Origin: Syntrophorhabdaceae bacterium | Lineage (GTDB): Bacteria; Desulfobacterota; Syntrophorhabdia; Syntrophorhabdales; Syntrophorhabdaceae | DNA: 64,000 nucleotides | Reading direction: 5' to 3' | Assembly (NCBI GenBank): GCA_963666485.2 | Contig: CAXXUO010000001.1 | Span: 224,001 to 288,000, forward strand | Notes under the pieces: model-generated | What the model was told of the DNA's origin: nothing | The model's database searches: none | The model's input: the letters and a program-made list of their open reading frames with translations, nothing else | Shown: positions 19,298 to 29,736 of the stretch, piece by piece | Layout of the letters: each line of letters begins with the position of its first letter | Numbering within the stretch: position 1 is the first letter of the stretch | Made by a program: the position numbers and the translations under genes

Positions 19298-21691
19298 TTA
19301 ACCTTTTTTTACCGTCACTGCGATGTGTTTGGCATATCCATCGGTCAGATTCAATATGTCCTGCCTGTTCTTCAACATTCTATATTCAAGCACGCCCTTC
19401 TTCAGACCTTCTTTGATCATCGCAGGGTACTGCGCTTTTCCGTGATCGGATTCGATGACCACCTGGCCGCCTTCCGTGATCCCCAGTTCGTCAGCGTCCT
19501 CGCGCGAGATGAACAGCTTGTCGCCGGCGATCGCAGGGTTCTGGAGGTACGCCATTTTCGTATACACGCCCTTCCCTGCCAGGTGATGGTGGAAGAAGAC
19601 GTTCTTGAGGACAAGGGTGAACGGTTTCCGGGGGGCGCCTGCCCCGGCTGCGACCGGCGCGGCCTTTGCCGTACCGTTCGTGGGCTTGAGGCTCAACCGC
19701 CCGGACTCGCCCGTTACGATAAAATCCTTCTGGAAGACAACCGATGACGCCTCGGCCTCGTCCTTGTAGAGCCCGCCGCCCAGCCTGTCGAGGAGCATCC
19801 TCAGGAAATCGAACCCCGGCGACGCCTTGCCTTCGCCCCGTGCGACCGTGCGCACATATCCGTCCTCGGCGATATAGCTGCCCTCTTTCTGGGCGAAGCT
19901 GCCGGTCGGGACAACGACGTGGGCATATGCCGACGCGTTCGTTGCGAACATGTCGCATACCGCCATAAAGGCCTTGCCCTTCAGGGCTGCCTCGACGTTC
20001 TTGCCGGAAAGGTAGTGGAAAAGATCATCTTCATAGATGAAAAGCGCGTCCGCCTTGTTCAGCGCGTCCGATGGTGAAACCGCGCCGGGGAGGAATGACA
20101 GGGTGCCGACGGCATTCGACTGAAGGGCGGTCGGCATGACCACGCCTGTCTTCTGGATACCCTTCACGATACACAGGTTGAGGAGTGCCTCCATGCTCGC
20201 GATGTTGCCGCTTATGCCCGTGCCGAATATGACGGCAACAGACGATGCGTTCGAGAGGAGCTTGTAAAATTTATCAACGGCCTTTTCATCAGCACCGCTT
20301 GCCGCGACTGCATCGGCCTTGCTTCCGCTTAAACCCTCGATGCTCCCGGCATCCGGGTCGTTCTTCTTGTCGGCGATGAACTGGGCCGCTATTCCATTAA
20401 AGAATGCCGCATCCGAGCCCGGCGCGACCTTTACCCAGCAATCGCTGATGCGCGTGAGGTTCACGGGTGACGGGTCGACGACGGCTACTTTCGCCCCGGT
20501 GGTCTTCATGGCTTCCCGGACCTTGTTGGCGAGAAGGTGATTGTTCCCGAGAAGGTCCGCACCGGCAACGACGATGAGGTCGCATGTGTTCAGCGCGTCA
20601 TATTCATAAGGATACGGGATGCCCATCCGGCGCATCGTGTCGAGCACCTTGCCCGTATGGTAATACCCGGCAGTGCCAAAGACGGTCTTCGAAAATCCCT
20701 TCGCGATCTGCGTCACCAGGTAGGTTTCTTCGTTCGTTGCCCGCGGGGATACGATAAAACCGATGGTCTTGCCTTCTTTATCGAGTTTGGTCAACGCAGA
20801 TGCCGTTGCTTCTACGGCCTCGGCCAGCGTCGCTGCCGCTGCTTCCGCCCCCTGTTTGACCGTCGGTGCGGTAAGCCGCGCTTCGTTATTTGCGAAATCA
20901 TATCCAAAACGTCCCATCACGCACAGTGAGCCCTTGTTCGGCTCAAGCGACGCGTTCGTGACGACTTTCGTGATGAATTTGTCCTCGTACACATCGAGGT
21001 TGAGCGAGCACCCGAAACCGCAGTGCGGGCAGGTTGTCGTCTGCCGCTTTGTCTGCCATTTCCTGCTTTTCTGCGGGCTTTCCTGCTCGGTCAGCGCGCC
21101 GACGGGGCACATGAAGAGGCATTCGCCGCAGGAGATGCAGTCCTCGGGGACTGTCGGCTTCATCGCCGCCTCTATTCCCGTTCCCACAAGTTCCAGGACC
21201 TTCCGCCCGGATACCTCGCGGCATGCATGCACGCAGCGCAGGCACAGGACGCAGCGGTCCTCGGCATACCTGATCATCGCGGTCGCGTACGGTTTTACGG
21301 TCTTCGGCTCCCTATCCGCCTCGAGGTCGACACATTCGAGCCTGTGCTCGAAAACGAGGTCCTGAAGGCGGCACTCGCCGGCGGAATCGCAGTGCGGGCA
21401 TTCCAGCGGATGATTGATGAGGAGGAACTTAAGATATTCCTGGCGCATCGCGAAAAGCTTGTCGGACTGGGTCGTGACCGAGATACCCTCGATGGCGTTC
21501 GTCGTGCACGAGGCCATGGGTTTTTCGTACCCGTCGATCTCGACGATGCAGAGCCTGCAGGAGCCAATGGGAAGAAGGTTCTCGTGGTAGCACAGCGTTG
21601 GGATGTATATGTCGTTCTCCCGCGCAGCTTCGAGTATCGTCTTGCCTTCCTCTGTCTTTATCTCTTTGCCGTCTATCTTGAATGTTATCAT
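19298..21691 (-). CDS. NuoG/SfrA-like multi-Fe-S subunit with molybdopterin-oxidoreductase fold
   Basis: 2Fe-2S (IPTLC..SCRLC..SC), HPLECPHC....EC, CVLCLRCVHAC / CISCGECLFMCP, TCPHCGFGC..LC; ATG 21691 preferred, TTG 21712 alternative. Confidence 0.88.
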   Translation of the reverse strand: MITFKIDGKEIKTEEGKTILEAARENDIYIPTLCYHENLLPIGSCRLCIVEIDGYEKPMASCTTNAIEGISVTTQSDKLFAMRQEYLKFLLINHPLECPHCDSAGECRLQDLVFEHRLECVDLEADREPKTVKPYATAMIRYAEDRCVLCLRCVHACREVSGRKVLELVGTGIEAAMKPTVPEDCISCGECLFMCPVGALTEQESPQKSRKWQTKRQTTTCPHCGFGCSLNLDVYEDKFITKVVTNASLEPNKGSLCVMGRFGYDFANNEARLTAPTVKQGAEAAAATLAEAVEATASALTKLDKEGKTIGFIVSPRATNEETYLVTQIAKGFSKTVFGTAGYYHTGKVLDTMRRMGIPYPYEYDALNTCDLIVVAGADLLGNNHLLANKVREAMKTTGAKVAVVDPSPVNLTRISDCWVKVAPGSDAAFFNGIAAQFIADKKNDPDAGSIEGLSGSKADAVAASGADEKAVDKFYKLLSNASSVAVIFGTGISGNIASMEALLNLCIVKGIQKTGVVMPTALQSNAVGTLSFLPGAVSPSDALNKADALFIYEDDLFHYLSGKNVEAALKGKAFMAVCDMFATNASAYAHVVVPTGSFAQKEGSYIAEDGYVRTVARGEGKASPGFDFLRMLLDRLGGGLYKDEAEASSVVFQKDFIVTGESGRLSLKPTNGTAKAAPVAAGAGAPRKPFTLVLKNVFFHHHLAGKGVYTKMAYLQNPAIAGDKLFISREDADELGITEGGQVVIESDHGKAQYPAMIKEGLKKGVLEYRMLKNRQDILNLTDGYAKHIAVTVKKG

Positions 21692-21704
21692 TCCCGTTCC
21701 CTTT

Positions 21705-23654
21705 TCAGCCAACTGCGATCATGCCTATTCTGTAACAGCGAAGGCAGCGTGACGCCTCCGTGATCGCCTCATCGGTCCGGAACCCTTCCTCGAACTCTTC
21801 GAACGTCCATTTCCTGACCTCGGGGGCCATCGGCCGAAGCAGCATTCTCGGATGGTCGCCGAGGAACCCGACGTTCTCGTTCTTGTCGTACACCTTGAGC
21901 TGACCGAAGAACTTCACGTACTTTTCGCTTTCCCTGGCCTTTGGCTTCTCGCCTTTCAAATATTCGTCGATCTTCCAGGCCGCGCGCTTGCCGTTCCCGC
22001 AGGCGCGGACGAGGACATCGGGACCCGTTTCGCAGTCGCCGGCCGAGAATATGCCGGGGATGTTCGTCTCGAACGTCTCCTGGTCAACCTGGAAGGTGTT
22101 CCACTTTGTGATCGTGAACTCTTCCTTCTTTTCGAGGAATGACCAGTCGATCGCCTGCCCGATAGCCGGTATCAGGATATCGGTCTCGATCACGAATTCG
22201 GAGCCCGGAACGGGGACCGGCCGCCTGCGGCCGCTGGCGTCCGGCTCGCCGAGTTCCATGCGGATGCACTCGACGCCGACAACCTTGCCGTCCTTCTCGA
22301 TGACGCGTGACGGGTTGCACAGGTAATGGAACTCAACGCCCTCTTCCTCTGCCTCGTGGATCTCGACGGGGTCCGCAGGCATTTCCTTCTTCGTCCGCCT
22401 GTATACGAGGTGGACGTCGGGCTTGCCGATGCGGAACGATGAGCGAACACAGTCCATCGCAACGTTGCCGCCGCCGACAACCACGACCTTTTTCCCCTCG
22501 GGATACGGGTCTTTGCCGTTATTGATGTCGAGCAGGTATTTTACGCCGGCGATAAACCCGCGATAACCTGCGTCCTCACCCTGGACACCCATAGGCTGTG
22601 ACGTATGGGCCCCGACACCGATAAAGATCGCATCGAATTCCTTGCGCAGCTGCTCGAGGGTGATATCCTTTCCCATCTCGACGCCATACTTCATGGTGAC
22701 GCCGAATGATTCAACAAATTTGCCCTCAACGTCAAGGACCATCCTCGGCAGACGATAGTCGGGGATGCCGACGGCGGCCATTCCGCCCGGCTCGCCGAGT
22801 TTCTCGAAGACCGTTACCGGATATCCCATCTGGGCAAGGTAATATGCGCAGGAAAGACCGGCAGGGCCGGCACCGATAACAGCAACCTTCTTTGTTTTAT
22901 CTATCTTCGGCACGATATCGCGCTTGACGTTCTTGTCAATTTCCCAGTCCGCGACAAATCTCTTGAGGCTTTTTATGGAAATGGATTCATCGATGTTCGC
23001 GCGCCGGCAATTCGATTCGCACGGCCTTACGCAGACCCGCCCTAAGGTGCCGGCCATGCAGGTGTTCTCGCGGACGGTCTTGAGCGATTCGGTCATCCTT
23101 CCTTCGCTTATCGCCTCGACGTATGCCGGGATATCGAGCTGGCTCGGACAGACGCTCATGCACGGGGCGGTCACGGAGATCCTGTAATCGCCCGGTTTTG
23201 CCTTGCGGCCTTCGGCTATCGACTTGTCGAACTCGGGGCCGAAGAAATCGAGCGCCTGAAGGAGCGGCACGAAGCCGGTCTGCCCGATCTGGCATTTCGA
23301 CCCGTCCTTGATCTCGGCGGCGATAGCGCGTATCTTGCCGAGGTCTTCTTTCTTGCCCTTGCCGTCGGCGATCCTTTTCAGCGTTCCCAGGATAACCTTG
23401 CTTCCGATCCTGCACGGTATGCACCGGCCGCAGGATTCTTTCTGGACCGCCTCGGCGTACTTCACGGACATATCGATTATGTCCACGTTCTCATCGCAGA
23501 GGATGATGCCGTCCCATCCCATGAACGCCTTTACGGAAAGACCATTCTCGAACTCTCCGGGGAGCTTGACCTTCGGGGCTTCGAAAGACTCACGGGCCTT
23601 GCCCCTATTGTCTATTACCTCACCCTGCCAGGAACTAAAGATCACGTCAGCCAT
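21705..23654 (-). CDS. SfrB/GltD-like FAD-NAD(P)H oxidoreductase with N-terminal NuoF-type 4Fe-4S domain
   Basis: VIFSSW...AFMGWDG N-terminus as in Geobacter SfrB; ESCGRCIPCRIG; APC..VCP, GRVC..PCE..CRR; GAGPAG; GGGNVAMD; YRR; EASRCLRC. Confidence 0.88.
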   Translation of the reverse strand: MADVIFSSWQGEVIDNRGKARESFEAPKVKLPGEFENGLSVKAFMGWDGIILCDENVDIIDMSVKYAEAVQKESCGRCIPCRIGSKVILGTLKRIADGKGKKEDLGKIRAIAAEIKDGSKCQIGQTGFVPLLQALDFFGPEFDKSIAEGRKAKPGDYRISVTAPCMSVCPSQLDIPAYVEAISEGRMTESLKTVRENTCMAGTLGRVCVRPCESNCRRANIDESISIKSLKRFVADWEIDKNVKRDIVPKIDKTKKVAVIGAGPAGLSCAYYLAQMGYPVTVFEKLGEPGGMAAVGIPDYRLPRMVLDVEGKFVESFGVTMKYGVEMGKDITLEQLRKEFDAIFIGVGAHTSQPMGVQGEDAGYRGFIAGVKYLLDINNGKDPYPEGKKVVVVGGGNVAMDCVRSSFRIGKPDVHLVYRRTKKEMPADPVEIHEAEEEGVEFHYLCNPSRVIEKDGKVVGVECIRMELGEPDASGRRRPVPVPGSEFVIETDILIPAIGQAIDWSFLEKKEEFTITKWNTFQVDQETFETNIPGIFSAGDCETGPDVLVRACGNGKRAAWKIDEYLKGEKPKARESEKYVKFFGQLKVYDKNENVGFLGDHPRMLLRPMAPEVRKWTFEEFEEGFRTDEAITEASRCLRCYRIGMIAVG

Positions 23655-23662
23655 AATCTACC

Positions 23663-24835
23663 TTATTTATCTATTTCGCCGAGGACTATGTCGATGCTTC
23701 CTATCGCTGCGACAACGTCGGCGACCAGCGATCCTTCTATCATCTTCGATATCGAGCCGAGGTTCAGGAATGAAGGCGGCCGGATCCTCACCCGGTAGGG
23801 TTTCTCCGTACCGTCGCTCACGATGTAGAACCCGAGTTCGCCCTTCGACGACTCGATAGAGGCGTAAGCCTCGCCTTTGGGCGGCCTGAAGCCGTCCGTC
23901 ATCAACTTGAAATGACGGATGAGCGCCGCCATATCATTCGCCACGTCTTCCTTTTCCGGGGGCACGTACGCCGGGGCGTCCGCTTTGATCGGTCCCTCGG
24001 GAAGTTTGTCGATGGCCTGCTGCACGATCCGTATCGATTGCCTCATCTCCTTCAGCCTGACGAGGTACCGGTCATATACGTCACCCTTCGTTCCGAGAGG
24101 TATCTCGAAATCGAAGTCTTCATAACTGGAGTACGGGTAGGCCTTGCGTACGTCATAGTTGACACCGGAAGCACGGAGCACCGGGCCCGTTACGCCGTAC
24201 GTGATCGCGTCATCGGCGCTCAAGGGACAGACGCCTTTCAGACGGCCTTTCCATATCACGTTCTCTGTGAGCAGGGTCTCGTACTCGTCTATCCTGCCCG
24301 GAAGTTCCTTGATCAAGGCCTGCGCCTCTGCGAGGAAACCTTCAGGCAACTCTTCGCGCAGACCGCCGAAACGTATGTAATCGGGCATGAGCCGTGCGCC
24401 CGAGACCTTTTCCAGGAGCTTCAGGCATGATTCCCTTTCACGGAAACCGTAGAAAAGGACCGTCATGGCACCCATGTCGAGGGCGTGTGTCGATACCCAC
24501 AGGAGATGCGCCGCGATGCGCTGCAATTCGCTCAGCATGACCCGGATGTACTGGGCCCTTTTCGGGATCTCGACGCCGATAAGCTTCTCGACGGCGAGGA
24601 CATACGCGAGGTTGTTGGACATGCCGCTTGTATAGTCGAGCCTGTCGGTCAGCGGCATACCCTGCCAGTACGTTCTGTTCTCGAAGATCTTTTCTATCCC
24701 GCGATGGAGATACCCAATGTCCGGGACGCTTGAAACGATCGTTTCGCCGTCGAGTTCAAGAACCACCCTCAGAACCCCGTGTGTTGCGGGGTGCTGAGGC
24801 CCCATATTGATCGTCATGTACTTTGTGTCAGCCAT
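23663..24835 (-). CDS. nuoD: NADH-quinone oxidoreductase subunit D
   Basis: NMGPQHPATHGVLR, GYLHRG, DRLDY, SIDIVLGEIDK; no NiFe CxxC motifs. Confidence 0.97.
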   Translation of the reverse strand: MADTKYMTINMGPQHPATHGVLRVVLELDGETIVSSVPDIGYLHRGIEKIFENRTYWQGMPLTDRLDYTSGMSNNLAYVLAVEKLIGVEIPKRAQYIRVMLSELQRIAAHLLWVSTHALDMGAMTVLFYGFRERESCLKLLEKVSGARLMPDYIRFGGLREELPEGFLAEAQALIKELPGRIDEYETLLTENVIWKGRLKGVCPLSADDAITYGVTGPVLRASGVNYDVRKAYPYSSYEDFDFEIPLGTKGDVYDRYLVRLKEMRQSIRIVQQAIDKLPEGPIKADAPAYVPPEKEDVANDMAALIRHFKLMTDGFRPPKGEAYASIESSKGELGFYIVSDGTEKPYRVRIRPPSFLNLGSISKMIEGSLVADVVAAIGSIDIVLGEIDK

Positions 24836-25327
24836 TTATGCCTTCTCCAGGTCCACCACGAAACGCTTGTCGAAATCCTTGCCTTCGAGGGGAAACTCCT
24901 TGCACAGGGGATGTCCCTCGAAATCGTCGGGGTTATAGATCCTGCGCAGGTCGGGATGGTTAGCGAACGGCACGCCGAACATGTCGTAAATCTCCCTTTC
25001 GAGGAAATTGGCCGCCGGCCACAGGTCGCTGACCGTTTCTATGCCTTCGTCGCCGCATCTCGTCTTCACCACGATCCGTGCGTTGGTCTTGTGTGAGCGG
25101 AGGATGTACACGATTTCGAAGCGCGCCTCCTCGCCCATGTAATCGATCGCGAACATATCGACGAGCATGTTGAAGCCAAGGTCGCGGTCATATCGGCAAT
25201 GGTCGAGGGCTTCACGGATGCTGGCCTTGTCGACCATCGCGCTCGGCTCGCCGGGAGGGGTCGGTACGATCTTTATCCCGTCGGCCTTGCCGGAGAGTAT
25301 GTCCAAATATTCTTTATTATCGCTCAT
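24836..25327 (-). CDS. nuoC: NADH-quinone oxidoreductase subunit C
   Basis: [36 protein letters not shown]; start MSDNK chosen. Confidence 0.93.
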   Translation of the reverse strand: MSDNKEYLDILSGKADGIKIVPTPPGEPSAMVDKASIREALDHCRYDRDLGFNMLVDMFAIDYMGEEARFEIVYILRSHKTNARIVVKTRCGDEGIETVSDLWPAANFLEREIYDMFGVPFANHPDLRRIYNPDDFEGHPLCKEFPLEGKDFDKRFVVDLEKA

Positions 25328-25818
25328 GCGCTCTTCCCGGGCAGTGATATCAAAGGCCTGTCTTTGATCGTTTCTTTCTGGATCTTCTTCTGCAGTTCTA
25401 TAATACCGGCCAGCAATGCCTCCGGCCTCGGAGGGCATCCGGGGATATATACGTCAACGGGGATTATCTGGTCCACCCCCTGAACAACGCTGTATGACCG
25501 GAAGATACCGCCGGATGACGCGCAGGCGCCGTATGCGATGACCCATTTCGGGTTCGGCATCTGCTCATAGATCCTGCGGACAACGGGGGCCATCTTCTTC
25601 GACAGCGTGCCGGCCACGATCATGAGGTCTGACTGCCTGGGTGACGGGCGGAAGACCTCCGCGCCGAAACGGGCGATATCGTATTCCGCGCAGCTGGCGA
25701 CCATCATTTCGAGGGCGCAGCAGGCAAGGCCGAACGTGACAGGGAAGAGGGAGTTTTTCCGGGACCAGTTTATAAGCCAGTCGACTGTTGATACCAATAC
25801 GTTGTTTTCTATTCCCAT
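25324..25818 (-). CDS. nuoB: NADH-quinone oxidoreductase subunit B
   Basis: [31 protein letters not shown]; start MGIEN chosen. Confidence 0.96.
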   Translation of the reverse strand: MGIENNVLVSTVDWLINWSRKNSLFPVTFGLACCALEMMVASCAEYDIARFGAEVFRPSPRQSDLMIVAGTLSKKMAPVVRRIYEQMPNPKWVIAYGACASSGGIFRSYSVVQGVDQIIPVDVYIPGCPPRPEALLAGIIELQKKIQKETIKDRPLISLPGKSA

Positions 25819-26162
25819 TCCAATGCACCTTTTTTCCAGATATAGAGATATCCTATGAAAAGAATGAACACGAAGATGATCATCTCGACGAACCCGAAAA
25901 GCCCGAGCCGCCGGGTGACCACCGCCCACGGGTACAGGAAGATGATTTCAATGTCGAACACGAGGAAGAGCATGGCAACGATATAATAGCGGATCGTCAT
26001 GATACGCTGGGTCGGCCCGATCGTCGTCATACCGCATTCGTAGGGGGCAAGTTTTGCTTTGGATTTCGTCCTGTGTCCGAGAACATGTGAAAAACCGATT
26101 ATAGCGGCGGCTATGATCCCGGCAAGACACATCATGACAAAGATCGCTACATATTCGAGCAT
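25809..26162 (-). CDS. nuoA: NADH-quinone oxidoreductase subunit A
   Basis: [26 protein letters not shown]. Confidence 0.96.
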   Translation of the reverse strand: MLEYVAIFVMMCLAGIIAAAIIGFSHVLGHRTKSKAKLAPYECGMTTIGPTQRIMTIRYYIVAMLFLVFDIEIIFLYPWAVVTRRLGLFGFVEMIIFVFILFIGYLYIWKKGALEWE

Positions 26163-26229
26163 GTCTCAGGTCCTCTTTAGAAGTCGCTGCATATCAGACA
26201 AAATGACAGAAATGGATTTTTGAGCCACT

Positions 26230-26283
26230 TTGTTCACAATTTCACAATGGCAAACTTTATCTTAATTTTGACAGTCTTGTCAA
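26230..26283 (-). promoter_or_regulatory. sigma70 promoter of nuo operon with Rex-like operator
   Basis: TTGACA (26283-26278)-18 nt-TAAAGT; TTGTGAA-ATTG-TGAACAA at 26247-26230 (2 mismatches to TTGTGAAN4TTCACAA). Confidence 0.6.
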
Positions 26284-26396
26284 TCAGAAAAATAGGAATA
26301 TTTTCACTTTTCGCAGGGGGGCCATGATGTGCCGGAAACGTGTTATTACCTTCATAATGTGTGGAACATCAGATAGTTGCGAAAACAGCACCCGTA

Positions 26397-27449
26397 TCAC
26401 TGGCACTGGATGTAATTGTACGATTTCATTTTTTTTATGAAAGAATCCTTCTTTTCGGTGGGTACATTGACCCTGTACACGCCCTTCGGAAGCTTATACC
26501 TTCTCAGGTGGAGGTTGTTGTTCCGGTACGTCCGGTATGACACCTCCATGGCCTTCGCCAGGATGCACGAGTCGAACTCGTGGCTGGATTCGATGACGAC
26601 CTCGGACAGGAGGGCCGGGCGGTATAATTCCTTCTCGTCAACGCGGAACCCGTAGCGTTCCTTGTTCGCAATGATCTCCTTGAGCGCGAGTATCCTGAAA
26701 ACGTACCGCTCGGTCTCTTCCGGGAGGTACATGTCAAAAAAATCACGCGTCATCTGGTTGTCGATGGCCTCGCGCACCCGTCCGGGGCCGGCATTGTAGG
26801 CGGCCATGGCGAGGAGCCAGTCATTGAACTGGGCGTTGAGCTTCTTGAGATGACCGAGCGCCGAGCGCGTGGATTTTTTCATGTTGAACCTCTCGTCGAC
26901 AATATCATTGACGACGAGGCCCTCCAGCTTTCCCGTCTCCTTCATGAACTGCCACATCCCCCCGGCATTCGCCTTCGAGACCGCCCGGGGGTTCAGGTAG
27001 CTTTCCGTCACCGCGAGGTAAACGAGGTCTGTGGGGACCCCCATGCGCGCAACCTCTTCCGTCATCATGGGCAGGTATTTATAGTAGCGTTTTACGATGA
27101 TCGTGATGAGTCCCCGGTTCTCGAGAAGCTGGAACAGTTCGCGCTCGAACCGTTCCCGGATGTCGCCCCGAAAGATCGGGATCTTCTTGTCGCACAGCAC
27201 GAGATGGTCCGGCAGGGCGTCGAGATTGAAAATATCCGCCTGTCTCTGGAGGCGCAGAACGTCCTTTTCCAGGTCTCCCAACCTTTTGTCGACGGGCTGG
27301 GTGTTCTTCCGGGAGGCGTTCTGGGCGCCGAGGGTGTCCGCGCCGGCAAGAAGCATTGAGAAAAGAATACACGCGACGATACCTGCAATAACAAAAAACC
27401 GCCCCGGCTTTACCGCGGCGGACAGGAATCCGGATAATGCACTTTTCAC
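26397..27449 (-). CDS. MltD-like lytic transglycosylase (SLT domain)
   Basis: YLAVTES.LNPRAVS...AGGMWQFM, DERF, AAYNAG, LPEET.RYV. Confidence 0.9.
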   Translation of the reverse strand: MKSALSGFLSAAVKPGRFFVIAGIVACILFSMLLAGADTLGAQNASRKNTQPVDKRLGDLEKDVLRLQRQADIFNLDALPDHLVLCDKKIPIFRGDIRERFERELFQLLENRGLITIIVKRYYKYLPMMTEEVARMGVPTDLVYLAVTESYLNPRAVSKANAGGMWQFMKETGKLEGLVVNDIVDERFNMKKSTRSALGHLKKLNAQFNDWLLAMAAYNAGPGRVREAIDNQMTRDFFDMYLPEETERYVFRILALKEIIANKERYGFRVDEKELYRPALLSEVVIESSHEFDSCILAKAMEVSYRTYRNNNLHLRRYKLPKGVYRVNVPTEKKDSFIKKMKSYNYIQCQ

Positions 27450-27670
27450 GATTCTTCCCTCACCATCTTCGTCAGGATCGATATTCTGTTCCCCATGCGT
27501 TCGATCACGCGCTTCATCTCGGTCTGCACGGCGGCCAGGTTGTCATATTTCTTCCGGTAGACGGATTCTATCTCCTGTTTCCAGTGGTCGACTATCTCGA
27601 TCTCCTTTTTGTTCATCTCGACATCGAACTTCTTCCGGAGGTCGCGCAGCATCTTCTCGTTAATCTCCAT
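27446..27670 (-). CDS. Small helical hypothetical protein
   Basis: AGGAG RBS; overlaps both neighbours; 74 aa, charged. Confidence 0.65.
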   Translation of the reverse strand: MEINEKMLRDLRKKFDVEMNKKEIEIVDHWKQEIESVYRKKYDNLAAVQTEMKRVIERMGNRISILTKMVREES

Positions 27671-28232
27671 AGGTCTCCTTCTCCTTCTTGCTCATGATAT
27701 ACCGGTACACGAGAATAAACAACAGAACGAGACCCAGGACCACCGGTACGATAATTGTTTCATATTTCTTGATGTCATCGACAAAGACAAGTATGACCCG
27801 TCCGAAAAGATACCCGACCATGCCGACGAGGATGCTCCAGCATACCGAGTTGAGGACACTGTACATAAAAAATTTGCCGGCCTTCATATTCGTGCACCCG
27901 AGGAGTATCAGGACAACTGCCCGGATCCCGACGAGAAAACGGATAATGAAAATAATAAAATTGCCGTAATGCTTAATGATCTTGTCAGCGAGCGGAACTT
28001 TGTGCTTTATAAATTCAAATCGCTCGGTGATGTTCTTGCCGAAGAGCCTGCCGATGGCGAAGAAAGTGCAATCCCCGGCCAGTGTGCCTGCAAAGGCATA
28101 GAACATGACCATCAGGATGTTCATATACCCCAGCCGCGAGAAGATCCCGCCAAGGAGCACCGTTGTTTCACCTTCAAGAAAAGTGCCGATGAAGATACCT
28201 ATGTAACCGTATTTGGCAATATATGCTTCCAT
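27660..28232 (-). CDS. DedA family membrane protein
   Basis: YGY..IF.GTFLEGET, GD...F.IGR.FG, RFLVGIR. Confidence 0.9.
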   Translation of the reverse strand: MEAYIAKYGYIGIFIGTFLEGETTVLLGGIFSRLGYMNILMVMFYAFAGTLAGDCTFFAIGRLFGKNITERFEFIKHKVPLADKIIKHYGNFIIFIIRFLVGIRAVVLILLGCTNMKAGKFFMYSVLNSVCWSILVGMVGYLFGRVILVFVDDIKKYETIIVPVVLGLVLLFILVYRYIMSKKEKETYGD

Positions 28233-28328
28233 ATTTTGTACAGCGCCGCCTGAAAAAGGCGGCTCCAAAATTATCTCCTTATTGTGGACTTCATTTTATA
28301 AAGATTATTGGCGAATGGTCAAGGATAA

Positions 28329-28400
28329 TAGGCGATAGGCAAGAGGCGACACAATGCACCCCTCCTTTCGCCGTTAGCCGTTAGCCGTTAGCCGTTAGCC
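28329..28400. repeat. Heptamer arrays TAGGCGA-like / (GCCGTTA)4 containing the tatC stop
   Basis: GCCGTTA at 28370-28397; last unit contains the tatC TAA. Confidence 0.88.
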
Positions 28401-29102
28401 TTTCGCCCGTCTTTTTTCCACCATCCTCACCAATATTATTCCGATCTCGTAGAAGATATACATCGGGACGGAAAGGAGCATCAGGTTGTATACGTCCGGG
28501 GTCGGCGTTATGATGGCGGCGGCTATGACGATGCCGAGAATGGCATATCTGCGCGTGCGCACGAGCATCTGCGCCTTCACAATGCCTAATTTGCCGAGCG
28601 CAAGAAGGATGAGGGGCACCTCGAACGTTATCCCGAACGCAAATATCATCGTCGAGCAGAACGTGATGTAGCGGTCCATCGATATCATGGCCTTTACGAT
28701 CGCGCTCTCATAATCCGACACCAGGAACTTCACGCCGGACGGGAGCACGATGAAGTAACAGAAAACGCTTCCTCCATAAAAGAGCACCGCCGCGGCGAAC
28801 ACGAGGAGCCATCCGTGGATCTTTTTGATCCCGTACAGGCTTTTGAGCTCATTCCAGGCGAGGAAAAAGACGAAGGGGATGGCGAGAAAGATGCCCGCGA
28901 GCAGGGCAAGCTTGATGCTGCTGAAAAACACCTCGTGAATTGCGAGGTAATAGAGCTTGACGCCCGTCGCCTTAATCATCAGGCGCAGGATATACCGTGA
29001 AAAAATGAAGCTCCCGGTGCCCATAAGCCCTATGAAGATGAGGGATTTGAGGATCACCCGCCGGACCCCCGTCAGGGCCGCTATGACGGTTTCGCGCTGC
29101 AT
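28395..29102 (-). CDS. tatC: Twin-arginine translocase subunit TatC
   Basis: FCYFIVLP, FGITFEVP, RRYAI, AAIITPTPD, YEIGI. Confidence 0.92.
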   Translation of the reverse strand: MQRETVIAALTGVRRVILKSLIFIGLMGTGSFIFSRYILRLMIKATGVKLYYLAIHEVFFSSIKLALLAGIFLAIPFVFFLAWNELKSLYGIKKIHGWLLVFAAAVLFYGGSVFCYFIVLPSGVKFLVSDYESAIVKAMISMDRYITFCSTMIFAFGITFEVPLILLALGKLGIVKAQMLVRTRRYAILGIVIAAAIITPTPDVYNLMLLSVPMYIFYEIGIILVRMVEKRRAKG

Positions 29103-29698
29103 GTGAACCCGCTTCGGGACGTTCCCAGCGAGATTATGTATTTCAATGCATCGTCTGTTGCCATGTCGAGGAACAGAAGTTCCGCCTCAGGAGCGAAGAT
29201 GATATATCCGGAGGTCGGGTTCGGTGTGGTGGGGACAAAGACCGAACAATGGCGTGCCCCGTTTAAGTCGACCCGGTTGGTAACGAGCCCTATGGCATAT
29301 CTCCCCTTGAAGGGAAATTCGATGAGGACAACCTCTTTGAAAGATTTTATCTTGTCCGAGGAGAACGCCTCGGTCATATCCTTTACCGATCCGTATATGC
29401 TCTTGATGATCGGGATCCGGGCAACGATCCTTTCCCCTCGCGCAAATATCGTCTTGCCGAAATAGTTCGAGACAAAAACCCCTGTCACGTACGTGATAAC
29501 GATAAAGATCAGGAACGCCGTCCCCGTTACATAGACCTCGCGCTGGAATACCTGGAAGAAAATGTTCCTCAGGGCCGGCCCGATAAAATTCTCGATAAAG
29601 GACACGACGACGTAAATGATATAAGCCGTAACGATCACGGGGATAAGGACGAACAGTCCGGCGATGAATTTCTTTTTAAGATGGTTGGTTATCGACAT
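29081..29698 (-). CDS. DUF502 membrane protein
   Basis: FIAGL..LIP, RIPIIKSIY, VFVPTTPNPTSG. Confidence 0.9.
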   Translation of the reverse strand: MSITNHLKKKFIAGLFVLIPVIVTAYIIYVVVSFIENFIGPALRNIFFQVFQREVYVTGTAFLIFIVITYVTGVFVSNYFGKTIFARGERIVARIPIIKSIYGSVKDMTEAFSSDKIKSFKEVVLIEFPFKGRYAIGLVTNRVDLNGARHCSVFVPTTPNPTSGYIIFAPEAELLFLDMATDDALKYIISLGTSRSGFTCSAKPS

Positions 29699-29736
29699 CG
29701 TGGGGAAATAGTAGCATGAAAAACGGGTAAAAAAAA

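Noticed and set aside
23663..24835. Group 4 NiFe hydrogenase instead of complex I
   Set aside because: Large subunit lacks both CxxC Ni-binding motifs and has quinone-site H/Y motifs
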